A stretch of 64,000 nucleotides of DNA from Trueperaceae bacterium (GTDB taxonomy: Bacteria; Deinococcota; Deinococci; Deinococcales; Trueperaceae): positions 480,001 through 544,000 of the forward strand of contig JAXHNB010000006.1 in assembly GCA_034520945.1 (NCBI GenBank). Direction: 5' to 3'. The notes under the pieces are model-generated. The model was given only the letters and a program-made list of their open reading frames with translations. It had not been told where the DNA came from and did not search any database. Shown here piece after piece: positions 59,421 to 64,000 of the stretch. Position numbers and translations under genes: made by a program. Each line of letters starts with the position of its first letter. Positions within the stretch are counted from its first letter, which is position 1.

Positions 59421-59455
59421 GAGGCCGGGGCCCGCACGTAGCGGGCCCCGGCCTC
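59421..59455. terminator. Hairpin between convergent mfd and OMP genes
   Basis: GAGGCCGGGGCCCGC-ACGTA-GCGGGCCCCGGCCTC, 15-bp stem. Confidence 0.75.
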
Positions 59456-59502
59456 GTTCGCCTCGGCCGGTCGGCCGTGGCGACCGACCGGCTCGGATCG
59501 AC

Positions 59503-59955
59503 TCAGAAGTGGTAGTTCACGCCCAGGCGCGCGTCGGCGCCGAAGCCGTCGCTGTTGCCGAACGACAGGACCGGGCCGACTTCGAAGAACACGCCGAGTT
59601 CGGGCACGCCGACGTCCACCAGCCGGTACTCGGCGCCGCCGAGGGCCTTGACCGAGAAGGTGCCGTCGAACGCAGCGCCGACGCCACCGCCGACGTAGAC
59701 GTCGACCGGTGCGCCGTCAAGATCGAGATCCAGGCCGTACAGCGCATCCACGCCGAACGACGCCGTGCCCAGCACGTAGGTGTAGCCGAGGTTGGCGCGC
59801 ACGTCGAGGTTCTGCACGACGTTCTCGACGCCGAAGTGCACGCTGGCGCCCGGGAAGCCGCCGCTGAGGCCGGCCCACATGCCTTGTTGTTGGGCGAACG
59901 CCACGCCGCCGGAAAGGACGAGGGCGGCCAGCAGACTGAGGAGCAGTTTCCGCAT
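59503..59955 (-). CDS. Small outer-membrane beta-barrel protein
   Basis: Signal peptide ending AFA|Q; amphipathic beta strands; C-terminal LGVNYHF beta-signal. Confidence 0.8.
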   Translation of the reverse strand: MRKLLLSLLAALVLSGGVAFAQQQGMWAGLSGGFPGASVHFGVENVVQNLDVRANLGYTYVLGTASFGVDALYGLDLDLDGAPVDVYVGGGVGAAFDGTFSVKALGGAEYRLVDVGVPELGVFFEVGPVLSFGNSDGFGADARLGVNYHF

Positions 59956-60016
59956 GAGGTTCCTCCAAAGGGGAAGACGAGATTCAGGACGCAGGTTGGG
60001 CGCCCCGTCTGCGGGC

Positions 60017-60045
60017 AATGTAGCACAGGCCCGCAACGCCGGCAA
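60017..60045 (-). promoter_or_regulatory. SigA-type promoter of the OMP gene
   Basis: TTGCCG-17 nt-TACATT with extended TG. Confidence 0.6.
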
Positions 60046-60096
60046 GTACGGAATTTCGCATCGGAACCGATGGAGACGGCGTTTCTTGCGCCCACG

Positions 60097-60447
60097 TCAC
60101 TCGCTGCGGCTGCGCTCCGACCAGCGCCGTCGCGCGTCGCGGCGGCGCGGCGTGGCGCGGTTGCATGGCGGCACGTCGCCGTGCCGGTCGCGGTGCGCTG
60201 CGATCGCCTCGGCCTCGTCGGCCTGAGGCACGCGGCTCGGCGCCATGCGCCAGAAGGCGGCATGCTCGGCGATGCAGCCGCCCGCGCTCAGGTGCTGGCG
60301 AATGCGGGTGGGCACGTCCCGGGCGGACTGCCCGATGTACACGGTCCGCCGCCTCGCGTCCGCCAACTCGTACAGGCCGGGCAGGGGATCCCGGCCCCGC
60401 GGGGCGGGCAGCGTGCGCAACGGTCGCCAACGCGCGAAGATCGGCAT
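60097..60447 (-). CDS. Minimal GIY-YIG nuclease-like protein
   Basis: GLYEL....VYIGQS....RIRQH, conserved Glu helix and PPCN. Confidence 0.7.
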   Translation of the reverse strand: MPIFARWRPLRTLPAPRGRDPLPGLYELADARRRTVYIGQSARDVPTRIRQHLSAGGCIAEHAAFWRMAPSRVPQADEAEAIAAHRDRHGDVPPCNRATPRRRDARRRWSERSRSE

Positions 60448-60457
60448 GCACTCGCGC

Positions 60458-61495
60458 TCAGGGCTGGTAGCCCAGCTCGCGCAGGGCTTCTGGGTCCATG
60501 CGCCAGTCGTGCCGCACCACCACTTCGAGGTCCAGGAACACCTTGGTGTCCAGGAAGATCTCGAGCTGCTTGCGGGCGCCGCGGCCGATCTCGCGGATCA
60601 TCCGGCCGCCGTGGCCGATCGCGATGGGGCGGTGTTGGCGCTTCTCGACCCAGAGTTCGGCCTGGATCACCAGCGGGCTGCCGCGGTCCGGGTCCGGATC
60701 CACCCAGTCCGTCACGCGCACCGCCACGGCGTACGGCAGCTCCTGGTACAGGCGCGACATGGCGCTTTCACGAATCAGCTCGGCCACCCACCGTTCGCGG
60801 CTCTGGTCGCTCCTGAGCGTGTCCGGGAAGAAGAACGGGGCGTCCGGCAGGACGTCCAGCAGATCGCTGCGGAGGTCGTACACCGCGCGCGGATCGGCCA
60901 GCGCCGACAGGGCGTACCGGCGATGGATCCGCGGCGAGAGGTCGCCGTACAGGTCCATGGCCTCGTCCGGGTACTTGGCGACGTCGACCTTGTTGCCGAC
61001 CAGGTAGACGGGCGTGTTCGGGTCCAGGCCCTCCAGCATGCGCGCCACCTCGCGGTCCTCGTCGCCCGGTGGGCGCCGCAGGTCCACGACCCACAAAATC
61101 ACCTCGACGTCGGTGACCGCGTCGCGGATCTCGCGCGCCATGTAGTCGTCCAGCGCGGTCCGGCCCTGGTGCATGCCGGGCGTGTCGACGAACACCAGCT
61201 GCCGGCTGGTGGCCACGTCGGTGTAGATGCCGCGAACGCCCTGCCGCGTGGTCTGCGGCTTGGCGCTGATCGGCGCCACCTTGACGCCCAGCATGGTGTT
61301 CAAAAGCGTGGACTTGCCCACGTTGGGCTTCCCGACGATCGCCACGAATCCGGCGCGCGCCGCGCCCTCGGGGGGCTCGGCGTCGGTGGCCGACTGCACC
61401 GTGTCGGCGTCGGAGGGTGCCTCAAAGGATGGTTCGTGCGGTGAATGGACGTCCGGGCCGGTGCGGCCGGCGTCCTCGTCAGCGAAGTCGTGCAC
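60458..61495 (-). CDS. era: GTPase Era
   Basis: [30 protein letters not shown] domain IAIGHGG; acidic N-terminal extension. Confidence 0.95.
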   Translation of the reverse strand: MHDFADEDAGRTGPDVHSPHEPSFEAPSDADTVQSATDAEPPEGAARAGFVAIVGKPNVGKSTLLNTMLGVKVAPISAKPQTTRQGVRGIYTDVATSRQLVFVDTPGMHQGRTALDDYMAREIRDAVTDVEVILWVVDLRRPPGDEDREVARMLEGLDPNTPVYLVGNKVDVAKYPDEAMDLYGDLSPRIHRRYALSALADPRAVYDLRSDLLDVLPDAPFFFPDTLRSDQSRERWVAELIRESAMSRLYQELPYAVAVRVTDWVDPDPDRGSPLVIQAELWVEKRQHRPIAIGHGGRMIREIGRGARKQLEIFLDTKVFLDLEVVVRHDWRMDPEALRELGYQP

Positions 61496-61560
61496 GACTT
61501 CCTCCCGTCTGCGCCTGGCCGTGGGCGTGCGCTACGCCTCATGACGTAGGACCCAAGACG

Positions 61561-61582
61561 AAGGGCCCCGGATCGGGGCCCC
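61561..61582 (-). terminator. Hairpin downstream of tRNA
   Basis: GGGCCCC-GATCC-GGGGCCC followed by TTCGTCTT on the minus strand. Confidence 0.6.
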
Positions 61583-61592
61583 TCGCGGCGGT

Positions 61593-61669
<77 letters not shown>

Positions 61670-61683
61670 GCGGCGCAAAGAAA

Positions 61684-61713
61684 AGTATAGAGCATGCGGC
61701 TGCCCTTCGTCAA
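61684..61713 (-). promoter_or_regulatory. tRNA promoter
   Basis: TTGACG-18 nt-TATACT. Confidence 0.75.
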
Positions 61714-61720
61714 GCTGCCG

Positions 61721-62720
61721 CATTGACTCAAATAGAATCGTACCGAAGGGGTCTTGGATGACTCATAAGTAATTCCGACCGTGGAGGTTGCGTCATGAAA
61801 AAAAACGGGTGGGTTGTCCGTGACCAGCAAACGTGAGTACGTGAAGACCATGCGCAAGCGGTATGGGGCAGCTTCCGGCCGCAAGGAGCGCAGCGACCTG
61901 CTCGACGAGCTGGTGAACGTGGCGGGCTACACCCGGAAGCACGCGATCAGCCTGATGAACCAACGCACGCCCAGGAAGCCCACAAGCCGGGGGAAGCGGA
62001 CGGGACGGCCGCGCGCCTACCGGCACTGCCTGGCGGCCGTGGAGGTCCTCTGGGAGACGCTGGACTACTGTTGCGCACAACGGTTGCACCCGCAACTCGT
62101 GCCGCTCGCTGAGACCCTCGCGCGGCACGGCGAGCTCGAACTGCCACGCGAGGTGCGCGAGGAACTCGCGCTGATCAGCCGCGCGACGCTGGCGCGCCGG
62201 TTACGTGAACTGCCCCGCCGGAAACCCAAGCCGCTGCTGTCCGGGCAGCACCCCAGTCGCCTGTTGAAGTCGCAAGTGCCGGTCGATCGCTACCGCTGGA
62301 ACGAACACCGGCCCGGCGCGCTCGAGGTGGACCTCGTGGAGCACAGCGGGGGCCGTGCGGGCGGTCATCACGCCTACACCCTCTCCGTCGTCGATGTCGT
62401 CAGCGCCTGGAGTCACCGCCGCGCCGTGATGGGCAAGAGCCAAGCCGCCGTCCAGGAGGCCCTCACGGCCCTCCTGAGGGCCTGGCCGACGCACGTGTGG
62501 GCGTTGCACAGCGACAACGGCAACGAGTTCCTCAGTGCCCACCTGATCCGTCACTGCGAGGCGACAGGCATCGCGTACCACCGCAGCCGGCCGTACCGGA
62601 AGAACGACAACGCGCACGTGGAACAGAAGAACCGGCAACTCGTCCGCGAGATCGTCGGGTACGAACGGATCGACACGCCCACAGGCTTGCAGTGGCTGAA
62701 CCGCATCTACGACGTGCTCT
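61721..62720 (+). mobile_element. Truncated insertion sequence (rve/DDE integrase-core, ISNCY/IS481-like); left end only
   Basis: AT-rich left end with three TG(A/C)(C/G)TCA-containing repeats, then a transposase ORF; no right end visible. Confidence 0.75.
61814..62720 (+). pseudogene. DDE transposase, 3'-truncated
   Basis: HTH N-terminus (LDELVNVAGYTRKHAI), EVDLVEH, HSDNGNEF, RSRPYRKNDNAHVEQKN; after RIYDVL the frame runs into the antisense strand of pdp. Confidence 0.75.
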
Positions 62721-62751
62721 TCGTAGAGCTGCGCCGGCGGGTCGGGGGGAT

Positions 62752-64000
62752 TCACGTGGGCGCCTCCAGCACCAGCGGCGGCGGAGACGCGTGCGTCGCG
62801 ATCTCGAAGGCGCCCTGCACCAGCCTCCGCGCCTCTTCCAGCCCGCGACCGTCGCGGTGACGCAGCGTGGCCAGGGGAGCGTCGCGGGCGACCGCGTCCC
62901 CCACCTTGGCGTGCAGCTCGACGCCGACGCCCCGATCGATGTCCTGCGCCTTGTGGGTGCGCCCCCCACCCAGGAGCTTCACGGCCCGGCCGACCGCCAA
63001 CGCGTCCAGGACGGCCACCTGACCGTCGTTGGGTGCCTCCACCACGGCTTCGCCCGGGGCGAGCGCCAGCGCGTCCGGGTGCGACGGGTCGCCGCCCTGT
63101 GCCGTGACCCAGCGTTCGAAGCGCGCCCGCGCGCGGCCGTCGTCCAGAGAGCGCGCCAGCGCGGCCCGCTCGCCGTTCAGGCCGGCGGCCGACAGGCCCG
63201 CCGACGCCAACGTCAGCACCAGCTCGCGAAGGTCCGCGGGCCCGCCGCCGTCCAGCGCGTCCAGCGCCTCGCGGACCTCCAGGGCGTTGCCGATGGTACG
63301 CCCCAGCGGTTGGCTCATGTCGGACAGCACCACGCGCACCTCGCGGCCGGCGCGGTCCCCGATGGCGCGCATCATGCGCCCCAGGGCCCGCGCCTCGTCC
63401 AGCGTGCGCATGAACGCGCCGCGCCCCACCTTGACGTCCAGCACCAGGGTGCGCGCGCCCCCGGCGAGCTTCTTGCTCATCACGCTCGACGCGATCAACG
63501 ACGGCTCCCGCACGGTGGCGGTGGCGTCCCGTAGGGCGTACAGCACCCCGTCGGCCGGGGCGAAGTCCTTCGACTGCCCCGTCACCACCACGCCCACCTC
63601 GCGCGCCTGCCGCATGAACGCCTCGTCGGACAGCTCGGCGCGGTAGCCGGGGTAGCTCTCCAACTTGTCGATGGTGCCGCCGGTGTGCCCGAGACCGCGT
63701 CCCGACATTTTGGCGACCGTGGCGCCATGCTCGGCCAGCAGTGGCGCCAGCACCAGGGTGGTCTTGTCGCCGACGCCGCCCGTGGAGTGCTTGTCGATGG
63801 TGTGCTGCAGGCCGGACAGGTCCTGGTGGTCCCCGCTGTCCGCCATCGCCTGCGTCAACACGGCGGTTTCCGCCTCGTTCAGGCCGTGCCAGCACACCGC
63901 CATCAGCCAGGCCGCCACCTGGTAGTCGGGCACCTCGCCGTGGGCGACGCCATGGACGAACGCTCGGAGCGACGCCTCGTCGTGCGCGTCGCCGTCACGC
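62752..64000 (-). CDS. pdp: Pyrimidine-nucleoside/thymidine phosphorylase (5' end outside window)
   Basis: [57 protein letters not shown]. Confidence 0.95.
   Translation of the reverse strand, partial: RDGDAHDEASLRAFVHGVAHGEVPDYQVAAWLMAVCWHGLNEAETAVLTQAMADSGDHQDLSGLQHTIDKHSTGGVGDKTTLVLAPLLAEHGATVAKMSGRGLGHTGGTIDKLESYPGYRAELSDEAFMRQAREVGVVVTGQSKDFAPADGVLYALRDATATVREPSLIASSVMSKKLAGGARTLVLDVKVGRGAFMRTLDEARALGRMMRAIGDRAGREVRVVLSDMSQPLGRTIGNALEVREALDALDGGGPADLRELVLTLASAGLSAAGLNGERAALARSLDDGRARARFERWVTAQGGDPSHPDALALAPGEAVVEAPNDGQVAVLDALAVGRAVKLLGGGRTHKAQDIDRGVGVELHAKVGDAVARDAPLATLRHRDGRGLEEARRLVQGAFEIATHASPPPLVLEAPT

Noticed and set aside
60059..60072. Palindrome CATCGG-AA-CCGATG upstream of the OMP promoter
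   Set aside because: Short single occurrence; cannot distinguish an operator from chance.
61723..61810. Spaced repeats as a mini-CRISPR
   Set aside because: Only three degenerate copies with very short spacers, no cas genes, and adjacent to a transposase.
62720..62860. C-terminal part of the 348-aa transposase ORF
   Set aside because: Read-through into the antisense of pdp, not transposase-like sequence.

Overview
Very GC-rich bacterial chromosome segment, most likely Deinococcota (Trueperaceae/Truepera-like). This is inferred from the archaeal-type non-discriminating AspRS, the futalosine menaquinone genes, MutS2, an HspR-type operator at hsp20 and many leaderless TANNNT promoters. Most genes are housekeeping or metabolic: tdk (partial), aspS2, a TPP-riboswitch thiamine ABC/thiN locus, pta, mutS2, LOG, hsp20, MATE, ggt, slyD, mreB, acuABC, mqnC plus deaminase, trxA, acnA, spoIID-like, rsmI, mfd (frameshifted), era, tRNA-fMet and pdp (partial). 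The window also carries several large, acidic secreted proteins and a truncated DDE insertion sequence. The most notable unannotated signal is a leaderless 27-codon ORF with Asp-Asp-Asn codons and mutually exclusive 1:2/2:3/3:4 hairpins directly upstream of the non-discriminating aspS, a candidate Asp/Asn-sensing ribosome-dependent attenuator. Other candidates are a STAND-like NTPase-TPR gene translationally coupled to acuABC, a surface cluster with a 1789-aa PPC/discoidin/double-VWA protein, a CstR-like repressor with its operator over a YeeE pair, and an ankyrin-M23 fusion. All calls were made by eye from motifs; no database searches or folding calculations were run.
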